DNA of 64,000 bases from an uncultured Nannocystaceae bacterium (GCA_964384025.1 CAYLJJ010000002.1:130189-194188), one strand, 5' to 3'; shown: positions 41,019 to 51,678, counted from the stretch's first letter. Numbers and translations are program-made. Notes: generated from the sequence alone by a model not told the origin.

Positions 41019-44000
41019 TTAGCCTTCAGCGACAGGGAGGCAGATCCCAACACCAGCTGGGAGGAAGCCCTCGTAGGGAGCGCACTCCTGCTCCGCTTGG
41101 CAGTCATTTTCAACGCTCATATCACAGTAGTAGAGGCAGGCATAGATATACTCCTCCCCTTCAGGGATAGGAGTGCAGACCATACCCCAACCACATCGGT
41201 TGGTAGAGCAGTCCTCATATTCCTGAGTCTCTCCTGCAGAGATACAGACAAAGCGCGGCTCGGGCTCCTCTCCAACAAACCACCAGTCGCAGATCCCCTC
41301 CATGCCACACTCTATCTCAAGAGGGTCGCAGCTGTTTAAGCAGACCCCGGTCTCGGGAGCGTTCATGGGGAGCCCAATGCAAACACCGTCAGGGTTCTGC
41401 TCGTCACAGATCCCCCCATAGTTCTCACACTCTATCAGATCGCAGCCGTGAGTCTCTGGGTTGCAGTAGAAGTTCATATTGGCGTCGTTGTCGCAATCCT
41501 CATCTACTCGGCAGCCCCCAGCTTCACAGGTCCCAAACTCTGGGTTGCAAAAGGACTCTTCAGGGCAGGGGCTGGAGGGACCCCAGCTTAAGCAAAGTTC
41601 ACCCTCTACATAGATGCAGCTCTGAACACCTCCAGCCTCATCACAGCGAGAGGCTCCCTCAGCAGGGCACTCATCTTCACAGTCGGCAGAGCAGATGCCC
41701 AAGCGACCGTCGATCCCCAGATCAAGGCAGCTCATTGAGCCTTCACAGCCTTCACCCAGCTCGGCGTTACAGGCCTGCATACAGTAGGAGTCAAGCTCCG
41801 TCATCTGAACACAGATCATCCCCGCAACGCACTCCATAAAGCTCTCGCAGGGCTCGCCCTGGCCCAGCTCTCCCGGCTTGAGGCACCAGCCCTGACTCCC
41901 CACCCCCATGCAGGCTTCTCGCGGGTCGCTGCATACAGGAGCCAGCAAATCACAGCTCTCCAGGCAGATCCCAGCATCTCCTTGGCCATTGGCGACATAG
42001 CACTCTGCGGGAGCATCGCAGCCCTCACCCATCGCTGGATTGCATTCGCTGATCACCTCACAGTTGCCCTCCACACAGCGTGTTCCAACCAGAGGATGTT
42101 CGCACTCTTCATGCTCGATGCAGCTCGGGATACAGGAGCCATCGATCTCATCACAGCCCATGCCCGGACCGCAGGGCTCTGGAGAACTCCACTCTAAGCA
42201 GAGGTCGTCATCGTAGTTGCCGCAACTCTGCCGGCTGCTCCCTTCACAGCGAGCATCCTCAGCGTCGCACTCAGTCTCACACTGCTCCAAACAGGCACCG
42301 ACCCGCCCTCCTACAGAGATACATTCATATTCCCCTTCACACAGGGGCTGCTCTAGGTCACAGATCGCCCGACAGGAGCCGCCACCGACACCGTCAGAGA
42401 TACATTGGGCACCCTCTACACAATCGAGGTGGCTGTCACAGGGCTGGCCGACAGCGTTGGAACCTACAGGGAGGCAGTGGCCCTCTTCTCCAAAAGAAAC
42501 ACAGTGGCGATCCTGGGGGCAGCCTCCCTCAAAGGGATCACAGATCTGTATACAGATCCCCTCGCCCTCCCAGTTCATGCAGCTCTCGCCCTCTGCACAG
42601 CCCTCGCCTGAGAGCAGGTCACAGAGGCTGTCGCGCTCGCAGATCCCCTCTACACATTGAGCCCCCAAGGGGCTGGCGTCTTGGCAATCAACATCCTGTT
42701 CACACTCCGCGAAGTAACAGGTCCCCCCCAAAGAGCTGTTGGAAGGATAGCAGGCCTGACCCTCATCACAGCGTTCAGCGTTGCTGCAGTCCCTTAGGCA
42801 AGCGCCATTGATATCATCCTCAGGGTCCACCAAGAAGCAGCTGTTCCCCGTTGGGCACGGCCGCTCAGCGCTACAGTCCATCGTACAGTAACCTCTATCT
42901 ACCTCAAGACCCGCACAGGAGAATCCCTCGCCGCACTCCCCTTCAGCGTAGCAGTTATCTCCTACAACTGAGGGGGCCTGAGCGCGGCAAACATTGCCAC
43001 CCATCACATCACAGGTCTCACCGGGACCACAGTCGAAATCCCCGTTACAGGTCAACGCGACTACACAAGCTTCACCAAGGCAGATCTGCCCCTCTAAACA
43101 GTGCGAATCCTCCTGACAACCTTCGCTGGGATCAACGCAGGCTCCTCTAGAGCAGAGCTGCCCCTCAGAGCAGGGCGCAGAGTCGGACCATTCCCGGCAG
43201 CTGTCGCTGTCAAACTGCCCACAGGACTGAACTCCATTGCCCTGACAGCGCAGCTCAGCCTCAGCGCACTCATCCTCACAGCTCTCCGCGCAGATACCAT
43301 TAGAGCAGCTCTGAGTCTCAGGGCAGGGAACACCGCTGCCCCACTCCTGGCAGTTGTCATCATCAAAGTCTCCACAGAGCTGAACTCCATCATCACCACA
43401 GCGAGTTCCGCCTTCTTGGCATTCGTCGATACAGAAGGGGCTACAGACACCTCCCGAGCAGGTCGTTTGCTCGGGGCAAGGGACCACCAGAGACCACTCT
43501 AGACAGGCATCGTCATCAAAGAGGCCACAGTGCTGGGTGCCGTTGCCTGAGCAACGGATGGTGCCCTCAGCGCACTCATCCTCACAACCCTCTCCAGTGC
43601 AGACGCCGTTAGAGCAGCTCTCTCCCTCAGCGCAAGGAGTAATGGCAGACCATTCGGCGCAGCTGTCTCCATCATACTGGCCACACTGCTGGAAGCCGTT
43701 CTCGGCGCAACGCAGAGCACCAGGACTGCACTCATCATCACAGCCCGCCGCGCAGGCGCCATTGGAGCAGCTCTCTCCCTCAGGACAGGCGGCCACGCTC
43801 CCCCAATCTGTACATCTATCTTCATCATAGTTTCCACAGGGCTGGAGCCCGCCAGGGGCACAGCGAGAGGTGCCGCTCAAGCACTCATCTTCACAGATCA
43901 CCCCAGCTTGGCACTCACCCCGAGAGCAGCTCTCCTGCTCTCCACAGGGGGTCGCTTGGCTCCACTCAAAGCACTCATCTCCATCAAAGTTACCGCAGAT

Positions 44001-45293
44001 CTGAGTTCCATTGCCTGAGCACTGAGCGGCCCCCTCTGGGCACTCATTGACGCAGCGCTCAACACACTCTCCGCCAGAACAGCTTAGCCCCCCGGCGCAG
44101 GCGCTGATGGTACCCCATTCCAAGCAGCTGTCCTCATCATGGTTCCCGCAGGTCTGGAAGCCGTTGCCAGAGCATTGGCGCTGGTTCATGGTGCCACACT
44201 CATTGCTGCATTGAGCAGAGCAAACACCCCCAGAGCAGCTGTGGCCTTCATCGCAGGCGACGATGCCGCTCCACTCCATGCAGTCGTCATCATCAAAGTT
44301 TCCACAGTTCTGAGCGCCACCGCCCGTGCACTGTCGGCTGCCCTCTGCGCACTCATCAACACAGGCGTTGCGGCACTGGCCGCCAGAGCAGCTCTCTCCC
44401 TCGGCACAGGGGCTCATCTGCCCCCACTCCAAGCAGTCATCTCCATCGTGGTTGCCGCAGAGCTGAAAGCCATTGCCTGAGCATTGACGGCTGCCCTCAG
44501 GGCCACACTCATTGCTACAAGTCAACGCACAGCTCCCATTGGAACAGAGTTCTCCCTCAGGACAGGGGGTCACTGCGCTCCACTCTAAGCAGGGATCCTC
44601 ATCAAAATCGGCGCAGTTCTCATAGCCATCCATGTTGCAACGGCGACTGTCAATCTCACACTCATCAACGCAGCCTTGGCGGCACTCCCCAGCAGAGCAG
44701 TTCTCCCCAGCGCCGCAGGGGACCACTTCTCCCCAGCGACGACAGCCCTGAGGACCATCCTCGCAGCTCTGAACTCCATTATTGCTGCAGCGACGCGCAT
44801 CAGTCTCACACTCATCGACGCAGCTTGAGCGACACTCCCCAGCAGAGCAGCTCTCTCCCTCAGGGCAAAAGTTCTCCTCTCCCCATTCTAAGCAGGGGTC
44901 TTCATCGAAGTTGTCACAAGACTCCAAGCCCCCGTTGGGGCCACAGCGTAGATTCCCTGCGCTACAGTCGGTGGTGCAACCGACGCACTGTCCCTCTACA
45001 CAGTTCTCTCCACCAGGGCAGGCTGTGGGCTGGCTCCACTCTGGGCAGCCATCACCATCAAAGTCTTGACAGTTGCGAACCCCACCACCACGACACTCGA
45101 CCATCCCAAGGGTGCAGGTGAGAGGGCAAACCGGCGCCCCTCCATCACGACTGCCCGCTGCACCTCCATCAGTGTTGGCGCCGCCGCTGCCCCCAACACC
45201 ATCATCATCATCATCCCCCGCGCAGGCCGCGAGGCTCAGGCTGAGCAGCCCAAACAGCACCCCAGCTTTCCAAGAGTTGATCGCCTTGTACAT
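41019..45293 (-). CDS. Large (1424 aa) lipoprotein of tandem roughly 50-aa Cys-rich repeats (C..EC..G..RC..NG.Q.C..FD.D.CLEW....C..GE.CS.G.C), Myxococcus-type cysteine-rich repeat family
   Basis: Lipobox LSLSLAAC followed by a poly-D/G linker; the repeat is highly regular with 6-8 Cys per unit. Confidence 0.75.
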   Translation of the reverse strand: MYKAINSWKAGVLFGLLSLSLAACAGDDDDDGVGGSGGANTDGGAAGSRDGGAPVCPLTCTLGMVECRGGGVRNCQDFDGDGCPEWSQPTACPGGENCVEGQCVGCTTDCSAGNLRCGPNGGLESCDNFDEDPCLEWGEENFCPEGESCSAGECRSSCVDECETDARRCSNNGVQSCEDGPQGCRRWGEVVPCGAGENCSAGECRQGCVDECEIDSRRCNMDGYENCADFDEDPCLEWSAVTPCPEGELCSNGSCALTCSNECGPEGSRQCSGNGFQLCGNHDGDDCLEWGQMSPCAEGESCSGGQCRNACVDECAEGSRQCTGGGAQNCGNFDDDDCMEWSGIVACDEGHSCSGGVCSAQCSNECGTMNQRQCSGNGFQTCGNHDEDSCLEWGTISACAGGLSCSGGECVERCVNECPEGAAQCSGNGTQICGNFDGDECFEWSQATPCGEQESCSRGECQAGVICEDECLSGTSRCAPGGLQPCGNYDEDRCTDWGSVAACPEGESCSNGACAAGCDDECSPGALRCAENGFQQCGQYDGDSCAEWSAITPCAEGESCSNGVCTGEGCEDECAEGTIRCSGNGTQHCGLFDDDACLEWSLVVPCPEQTTCSGGVCSPFCIDECQEGGTRCGDDGVQLCGDFDDDNCQEWGSGVPCPETQSCSNGICAESCEDECAEAELRCQGNGVQSCGQFDSDSCREWSDSAPCSEGQLCSRGACVDPSEGCQEDSHCLEGQICLGEACVVALTCNGDFDCGPGETCDVMGGNVCRAQAPSVVGDNCYAEGECGEGFSCAGLEVDRGYCTMDCSAERPCPTGNSCFLVDPEDDINGACLRDCSNAERCDEGQACYPSNSSLGGTCYFAECEQDVDCQDASPLGAQCVEGICERDSLCDLLSGEGCAEGESCMNWEGEGICIQICDPFEGGCPQDRHCVSFGEEGHCLPVGSNAVGQPCDSHLDCVEGAQCISDGVGGGSCRAICDLEQPLCEGEYECISVGGRVGACLEQCETECDAEDARCEGSSRQSCGNYDDDLCLEWSSPEPCGPGMGCDEIDGSCIPSCIEHEECEHPLVGTRCVEGNCEVISECNPAMGEGCDAPAECYVANGQGDAGICLESCDLLAPVCSDPREACMGVGSQGWCLKPGELGQGEPCESFMECVAGMICVQMTELDSYCMQACNAELGEGCEGSMSCLDLGIDGRLGICSADCEDECPAEGASRCDEAGGVQSCIYVEGELCLSWGPSSPCPEESFCNPEFGTCEAGGCRVDEDCDNDANMNFYCNPETHGCDLIECENYGGICDEQNPDGVCIGLPMNAPETGVCLNSCDPLEIECGMEGICDWWFVGEEPEPRFVCISAGETQEYEDCSTNRCGWGMVCTPIPEGEEYIYACLYYCDMSVENDCQAEQECAPYEGFLPAGVGICLPVAEG

Positions 45294-45399
45294 TCAAGCT
45301 CCTCCACTTACTCTGAGATGCAGAAACATACGTTCCCCTTCGTTTCAGATCCACCGCTCTTGTGTTGACGGCTCCTCAGCCCCGATCCACACTGACCTC

Positions 45400-46800
45400 A
45401 TGCCAAAGAAGTTTCCAGATTTTGTCCCCCTCACCCAGATCGCCTACCAGGAGGGCGCGGGGACGACCCTTCACCTGAGGAGGTGTCGTCTAGCGGTGGA
45501 GCAGGAGGGTCTGTGGCAGGAGAAGATCTTTGATCAGGCAACAGTCACTGTAGGCACCATGGAGGAGAATGATCTGATAATCCTTGATGATACGGTGAGC
45601 CGCTTTCACTGTCGGATCTATCAAGAACGCAACTCCTATGTTATCCAAGATTTGGGGAGCACCAACGGGACCTTCATCAACCGAGTGCGCATCAAAGAGG
45701 CCTATCTAGAGCCAGGCTGTAATATCCACCTTGGGAAGACCCACCTTCAGTTTCAAAGCCTGGATGAGCAGGTCCAGATCAAGCCCATCAACGAAGATCG
45801 TTTTGGGGAGATCATCGGAGCCAATGTCAAGATGCGCGAGATCTTTGGCATTCTAGAGAAGATCTCACCCACCGACACTACTGTGGTGATTGAAGGAGAG
45901 ACCGGCACAGGCAAGGAGGTGGTGGCTCATACCATCCATGCTCGCTCCAAGCGCAGCGCTCAGCCCTTTATCATCTTTGACTGCTCCGCTGTCCCCGCGA
46001 GCCTCTTGGAGTCAGAACTCTTTGGTCATGAGAAGGGCTCCTTCACCGGCGCAGTCGTGACCCGCCCAGGGCTCTTTGAGATGGCCAATGGGGGGACCAT
46101 CTTTCTAGATGAGATGGGAGAGCTGAGCCTAGAACTCCAACCCAAGCTTCTTCGTGTCTTGGAGACCCGTGAGGTGCGTAGGGTGGGCGCAACTCGCTCA
46201 ATGCGGGTCGATGTACGCATCATCGCGGCCACCAATCGCCGTCTAGAGCAGGAGGTCCGCGCGGGACGTTTCCGAGAGGATCTCTATTACCGCCTAAGCG
46301 TGGTGCGCATCTTCCTGCCCCCACTCAAGGAGCGCCCTGAAGATATCCAACTCTTGATCCATCACTTCTTGGCGAGAGGCCGCTTTAACCAGAGGGAGGA
46401 TGGAAGCCGACGCATCAAGGGGATCGAGCGTGGCGCTCTAGAGGCGCTCCTTGGCTACCACTGGCCAGGAAACGTGCGAGAGCTGCTCAACGCCGTGGAG
46501 CGTGCGTGTAGCTTTGCAGAGAGTGAGATGATCCGAATTGAAGATCTCCCGAGCCACTTTATGAACGCTGGGACTCGGAGACCTCGACTCAGCGCTCCTC
46601 CGCCTCTCCCTTCCAGTGAGGAGTTGGGCACCTTTAAGGAGTCTAAGGAGAAGTTGGTCTCAGCCTTTGAGCGAGAATACATCAAGAGCCTCCTCCAGCT
46701 GCACAACTTCAACATCAGCCAAGCTGCTCGAGAGGCACAGATCGACCGAAAATATTTCCGAAAGTTGATGAAGAAGTACAACATCGAGGCCCAACCTTGA
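45400..46800 (+). CDS. Sigma-54-dependent transcriptional activator with an N-terminal FHA domain (FHA - AAA+ sigma54-interaction domain - Fis-type HTH)
   Basis: FHA: VSRFHCRIYQERNSYVIQDLGSTNGTFIN. AAA+: GETGTGKEVVAHTIH (Walker A), ESELFGHEKGSFTGA (GAFTGA motif), FLDEMGEL. C-terminal HTH. The start is set to the first ATG after the convergent gene, at 45400. Confidence 0.85.
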   Translation: MPKKFPDFVPLTQIAYQEGAGTTLHLRRCRLAVEQEGLWQEKIFDQATVTVGTMEENDLIILDDTVSRFHCRIYQERNSYVIQDLGSTNGTFINRVRIKEAYLEPGCNIHLGKTHLQFQSLDEQVQIKPINEDRFGEIIGANVKMREIFGILEKISPTDTTVVIEGETGTGKEVVAHTIHARSKRSAQPFIIFDCSAVPASLLESELFGHEKGSFTGAVVTRPGLFEMANGGTIFLDEMGELSLELQPKLLRVLETREVRRVGATRSMRVDVRIIAATNRRLEQEVRAGRFREDLYYRLSVVRIFLPPLKERPEDIQLLIHHFLARGRFNQREDGSRRIKGIERGALEALLGYHWPGNVRELLNAVERACSFAESEMIRIEDLPSHFMNAGTRRPRLSAPPPLPSSEELGTFKESKEKLVSAFEREYIKSLLQLHNFNISQAAREAQIDRKYFRKLMKKYNIEAQP

Positions 46801-49013
46801 GCAGTTCCAAATTTCCCTCTCTGCCCCTCTGGGCTCTAGCCTCCCTGCTCTATGCGGGGCTCTTGGCTGCGGCGATGATCATCTTTGTCCCTTGGAAGAC
46901 TCCATGGGTCAACAGCGCGGTCCTACTCTACGCAGGTCTGCACTTAGTGGCGGCTCCTGGGCTCTGGAGTGGGCGGCGCTGGGCTTGGCGGCTGAGCCTC
47001 TGGGCCAACCTCCTGGGGCTCTTAGCCTGTCTCCTGGTTTGTGCGGGCTTTATCGCCTCCTGGGCCTATCTCAAGGCGGTCTTTGGTGACTTTGGGCGGG
47101 GAGCCTCTATTGTCTCCCTCCTCTTCGCCAGCGTGGCCTTTCAACTCTTGGGACTTTTTCCAACCGTTGGGCTCTATGCTCTCCTGAGGCGAAGAGAATC
47201 CTATGGTGGAGGCCAGGGCTGGCGCAGGCTTCTCCTGGGGCTGAGCCTCTCTCCTCTCCTGGCTTTCTTTATCTATCCCGCCTTCGCCTTAAGCCCGCTC
47301 TCTCCGATCTCTCCCGAGGGTCGCGATCAAGCTACAGCCTATCTGCGAGCCGCTTTAACCAAGCGAGCGCTCCCCAGCCTCTCCGCTTTAGAGGGGGTCA
47401 CCCCTGGACTGGGCCCCCTCTATGTCAGCCTCTATAACCAGGGAAAGCCGCGTATCCGCGTAACTGGAGGTGGGAGCGATATGGCTCAAGCGATCAAGCA
47501 GGCTGCTCAAAGCCTCCTGGAGCACCCTAAGCTTCAGGGGCGGCGGGTCTTCTCTGGACGCCTAAAGCTGGATCGTCTCATCGCCGTAGGACCCGTCCCC
47601 AGCACCCCTGAGTTTCTCCAGGCCTTAGCCTTTAACTCCGGCTTGGATGGCTTGCGGGTCTGGAAGGGAGAGAGCCACACCACCCTGTTACCCGATGATC
47701 TCCTCAAAAAGGAGATCTTTGGTACAAGCCCCCTGATCCCCGGTATTCGAGAGATCCGCTTGGGGGTAAACCTGAACGCTGTCAAGCGACGCCTGGGCAA
47801 ACGAGCGGAGGGACGCTGGGAGCGTATCCGTACGGAGGGCTGGATAGAACATCAGGGTGAAAGCCTGCCTGCTTTTCGAGGCAATACAGCTCTCAAGGAG
47901 CTTGGGCCCAAGGCTTGGCGTGCTGCGGCCACCGCCGCAGGTGAATATATCCTACGTCAGATTCAGGAGGATGGGCGCTTTCACTACCAGTACTACCCTC
48001 TGCGCGATCATCACCCCCCTTTTAACCCCAGGAGATACAGCCTCCCTCGTCACGCGGGTACGGTCTACTCCTTGGCGCTGCTCTACGGACTCACAGAAGA
48101 TCAACGCTTTAAGCGTGGCGCGGAGCGGGCCATCGCTTGGCTGAGCCAACAGATCCCCGCTCATTGTGGCGGAGATCCTGAGCTGGGCTGTGTAGTCAAG
48201 GAGGGCTGGGCCAACCTGGGCAGCACCGCTCTCAGCGTGGTGGGCATGTTGGAGTACCAACGCCGGACTCAAGATTCTCGCTACCAAGAGCTTATCCAGA
48301 GGCAGATCCGCTTTATCCTCTCCCTCCAACGAGAGAGTGGGGACTTCCATCACCGTTACAATGTGAAGCGGCAGGAGGTGGATAGGGTGATCCGCAAGAT
48401 GTTCTCCTCAGAGGAAGCGGCCCTGGCCCTGGTGATGGCCCATGAGCAATCGGAAGAGGAGGCGCAGCTACAGGCCGCCGAGCGAGCCTTAGACTTCTTA
48501 AGTAGCAGAAAATATGACTACTTCTTGGGCTGGTTTATCTACGGCGCCGACCACTGGACCTGTATTGCTGCTGAAGAAGCTTGGCCTCGACTGAAGTCCA
48601 AACAGTACCTGGATTTTTGCCGTGGCTACTCCGACTTTATGGGGCGGATTCAGTATGAGGATCAGGGTTTAGAGAACTGGGACTTTGCTGGGCACTATGG
48701 CCTGGGCTTCTTTATGGTGCCTCAGGCGCCAGCGGCGGCGGGCTTCAGTGAGGCGATCATCTCTACCGCGCTCTTAGCGCGAAAGCATAAAGAGGCCCAT
48801 GAGGTCTTAGATCGGCAAGTTGCTCAAGCCCTTGACGCTCTCTCCCGAGATCAGATCCGTCCAGAGAACAGCTGGTTGATGCCACGCCCCAAGGCTGCTG
48901 CGGGCGGGATCCGCCGCTCCTTAGTGGAGCAGGAGATCCGCATCGATTTTGCCCAGCACTCCGCCGCCGCGCTCATCCGAGGCGCCGCCGCCTATGAGCA
49001 GCATTCCCTGTAA
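46797..49013 (+). CDS. Hypothetical integral membrane protein (about 6 N-terminal TM helices) with a large C-terminal soluble domain; translationally coupled to the sigma54 activator. The TTG start is uncertain
   Basis: The ORF start overlaps the upstream stop (TTGA); hydrophobic N-terminal 180 aa; the C-terminal domain has W/Y-rich helical repeats. Confidence 0.45.
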   Translation: MSSSKFPSLPLWALASLLYAGLLAAAMIIFVPWKTPWVNSAVLLYAGLHLVAAPGLWSGRRWAWRLSLWANLLGLLACLLVCAGFIASWAYLKAVFGDFGRGASIVSLLFASVAFQLLGLFPTVGLYALLRRRESYGGGQGWRRLLLGLSLSPLLAFFIYPAFALSPLSPISPEGRDQATAYLRAALTKRALPSLSALEGVTPGLGPLYVSLYNQGKPRIRVTGGGSDMAQAIKQAAQSLLEHPKLQGRRVFSGRLKLDRLIAVGPVPSTPEFLQALAFNSGLDGLRVWKGESHTTLLPDDLLKKEIFGTSPLIPGIREIRLGVNLNAVKRRLGKRAEGRWERIRTEGWIEHQGESLPAFRGNTALKELGPKAWRAAATAAGEYILRQIQEDGRFHYQYYPLRDHHPPFNPRRYSLPRHAGTVYSLALLYGLTEDQRFKRGAERAIAWLSQQIPAHCGGDPELGCVVKEGWANLGSTALSVVGMLEYQRRTQDSRYQELIQRQIRFILSLQRESGDFHHRYNVKRQEVDRVIRKMFSSEEAALALVMAHEQSEEEAQLQAAERALDFLSSRKYDYFLGWFIYGADHWTCIAAEEAWPRLKSKQYLDFCRGYSDFMGRIQYEDQGLENWDFAGHYGLGFFMVPQAPAAAGFSEAIISTALLARKHKEAHEVLDRQVAQALDALSRDQIRPENSWLMPRPKAAAGGIRRSLVEQEIRIDFAQHSAAALIRGAAAYEQHSL

Positions 49014-49090
49014 AGAGCTTAAAATGATGCTCCTGTGAGGGAACGGCTCCAAATGCGGTCGGCTGTGGATTTTGACTCATGTGCCCTCTC

Positions 49091-51592
49091 TTAAGGGCTT
49101 TTAGAAAACCTCGTTGAGCGTCGTCTGAAGAGGAGGAGGGCTGAGAAGATCAACAGCGCGGCAGGAGGAGAATCTCCTCCCAATCGACAACTACAGCCCT
49201 CACTGTCGGGTTCATCTGGAGACTCCAGAGGGAGGACACCAGAATCAACCGGCCTCCTCTCCTGGATTTGGATGCTGCTGAAATCTGAGAGCATCCCTTT
49301 CTGATATTCGATTGTGCCTGAGTTGCCCGCGTTATCGTTAAGTTGAGCCCCATCTATAAGTTGAACAGAGTCGATATCCAGATCATAGATCCGTTCCCCT
49401 TCCCCGATCTCATAAGAGAAGCGGATTTCACGACTGTGTTTGATATCTCCAATCTCCAGTTCAGCTCCTGTATTGAGCTGGATCAGCATATTCCCTGTTA
49501 GATTGATGGGCTCAGAGAACTCCAGCCCCAATTCAATACGCTCTCCCTGATGATATGTACCGTTGGGGCTGTGGCTGTTGGCGGCGATCAACCTCGGACG
49601 TATCCCGTCGATCTGGATGCCCTTCTCAGCATTATCCCCTAGATGCCCCAGCGTAGGTAACTCTAACTCCAACGCCTGAGCGTTTAGAAACAGGCCCTCT
49701 GCTTCTAAATTCAAGGTCTCTTCACCTTCGGCGACCTGATAGAAACCCAAAAAACCATCTGAGCCCTCTGTGTTGCCGTTGGGGCTTAACTCTACGAGCT
49801 GTGAAGTGTTGAGCTGAAGTTGGAGGATGATCTGAGGCTGAACCCCTTCAAACTGGAGAAATATGGGGATTCTGTCCCCAATCCCAAAAATGCCAGGCTC
49901 TACATCTCCACGAAGTATCAGAATATTACGCTCATCAATGGTGGGAGGTGGAGGTTCTGAAGTAAAGTTCGCCCCTATACAAGGAGTGACAGGGATCCCC
50001 TCTTCAGGAATCCGCCCATCTAACATGTTCCCGGCTGGATCCGAGAGCGCATAAGGGGGATTTCCATCTTGGATAAACTCAAGTAGGGTTAGGCATTCAC
50101 AGCTTTCATTTTCCTGTATTATATATGGAATATATGCGACATGAGTTTGGATCTCCTGCATTTCATGTTGCACAGAGACCGATGCACCTGTATTTAGTCT
50201 TGCAATCAGCTCTTCTCTGACTATTACAGGTTTGTCGAACATTACTTTCAACAGCAGTTGTGTATTTGTGCCATATGTCGATGGGAATTCTATTTCTTGC
50301 CCAGTACCATCTTGATCGAGCAAATCAGCTGTTATCTCGATAATTTGAGCATCTTCATCTGGATTATGGACCTCTTGACCCACAACTATATCCATAACAT
50401 CACCATTTCGATCTATCCAATATCCATCTGGAAGGTTCAGCTCTTGGAAATCTCCACGAAGAGGAGTGCCTGAAATAAGGGTAACTCTCTCACTCTGATT
50501 AAGTCCTACCCCTCCTGCTTCTACCTGAAGGGTTCCACCATTGATAAAAGCATCGCCTATTACCTCAAATCGATCTGAATGTCCAACACCATTGACATCC
50601 ATATGTATTGCAGTTCCTTCGCTTTGAGCATAGCTGCCTTCGATCAATATATGCCCTAAATCTAGATTTCCATCTACCCACACTCCGCTGGGATGTATAT
50701 CTCCGGCGACAATATGAACATCTCCAATGATTTTTCCATCTCCTTGCAGATTAACTCCGTTTTCCCAGATAAATGATGACAATTCAGATGGAGACGATGA
50801 TATTTGACAGTTCTGCTCTAGATGGAGATCTCCTCCAAAACTAAAACTGCCATCTCCATCAAGGTCAAGATTACCTCTGAAGTCGCTATGTTCGAATATG
50901 CAAGAAGAACCCGCGCTTGAGGAGAAAAAACCAGTAATTATTGCATTTTGCAATCTAAGTGTGCTGTTTCCGTCTATATTTACTGTTCCTTGAATTTCTA
51001 GCCTTTGAAACCCTTCTCCAAGGCTTCCTGTAATAGTTAACTCGCTTCTATCGTTTACACTAACAACTCCTTCATTAAACAACCTAATCATGCTGTTGAC
51101 TGCAGCAGATATGTTCAGGTTGCCAAGGTTTTTAAGATACCCTTCACCGTTAATATCACCTGTTGCCTCTATATCTAATACTCCTTGATTAATAACAACT
51201 CCTCTGTCGATTAAGAGAGTTCCTCCTAATCGGCTTTCAGAGCCCTCTTCTAAACTCATGAACTGATTGTGATCATTCATCATGATCTTGAGGCTACCCT
51301 GAACTGTCAAGCCACCAAATATTCGGATAGAGTCGAGTTCCATCAGCTCAACATCACCGATGATATGTAAATTGGAGATTTCGATATTTGGACCGGCAGA
51401 CCAAACGGTGATCACTGACGAGTTCCCAGATAAAATAGCCGTATCTTCTCTACCGGGAATCGTCATATTCCCATCACAAGCCCAAGAGCTGGCAACATCC
51501 CAGAGAGGGTGCTCTGCCCCTTCAGCAACCCAGGTACACTCTGCAGCCCAGGACGGAGCACTCAGACAAAGTAAAAAGAGCAGGATCCTCAA
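49091..51592 (-). CDS. Secreted Gly/Asn-rich beta-helix-like (adhesin or autotransporter-passenger-like) protein with a MYXO-CTERM-like tail
   Basis: Signal MRILLFLLCLSAPSWA; low-complexity beta-solenoid-like composition; C-terminal SEGCSCRLGGDSPPAALLIFSALLLFRRRS. Confidence 0.55.
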   Translation of the reverse strand: MRILLFLLCLSAPSWAAECTWVAEGAEHPLWDVASSWACDGNMTIPGREDTAILSGNSSVITVWSAGPNIEISNLHIIGDVELMELDSIRIFGGLTVQGSLKIMMNDHNQFMSLEEGSESRLGGTLLIDRGVVINQGVLDIEATGDINGEGYLKNLGNLNISAAVNSMIRLFNEGVVSVNDRSELTITGSLGEGFQRLEIQGTVNIDGNSTLRLQNAIITGFFSSSAGSSCIFEHSDFRGNLDLDGDGSFSFGGDLHLEQNCQISSSPSELSSFIWENGVNLQGDGKIIGDVHIVAGDIHPSGVWVDGNLDLGHILIEGSYAQSEGTAIHMDVNGVGHSDRFEVIGDAFINGGTLQVEAGGVGLNQSERVTLISGTPLRGDFQELNLPDGYWIDRNGDVMDIVVGQEVHNPDEDAQIIEITADLLDQDGTGQEIEFPSTYGTNTQLLLKVMFDKPVIVREELIARLNTGASVSVQHEMQEIQTHVAYIPYIIQENESCECLTLLEFIQDGNPPYALSDPAGNMLDGRIPEEGIPVTPCIGANFTSEPPPPTIDERNILILRGDVEPGIFGIGDRIPIFLQFEGVQPQIILQLQLNTSQLVELSPNGNTEGSDGFLGFYQVAEGEETLNLEAEGLFLNAQALELELPTLGHLGDNAEKGIQIDGIRPRLIAANSHSPNGTYHQGERIELGLEFSEPINLTGNMLIQLNTGAELEIGDIKHSREIRFSYEIGEGERIYDLDIDSVQLIDGAQLNDNAGNSGTIEYQKGMLSDFSSIQIQERRPVDSGVLPLESPDEPDSEGCSCRLGGDSPPAALLIFSALLLFRRRSTRFSKSP

Positions 51593-51678
51593 TCTCTTAT
51601 CCTCCGAGTCAGCAAACCGGTATCGGTATGGAATCAGAGACAGCTTAGAGAAAAAGGGGAGGAGAGATCGAGGGCGAC

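Noticed and set aside
41097-45214. ORFs of up to 243 aa antisense to the 1424-aa Cys-rich repeat gene
   Set aside because: Same reasoning as above: GC-rich antisense artefacts.
45073-45399. N-terminal extension of the sigma54-activator ORF called by the track
   Set aside because: The extension overlaps the convergent, well-supported Cys-rich gene and contains no Met. The first ATG after that gene, at 45400, directly precedes the FHA domain.
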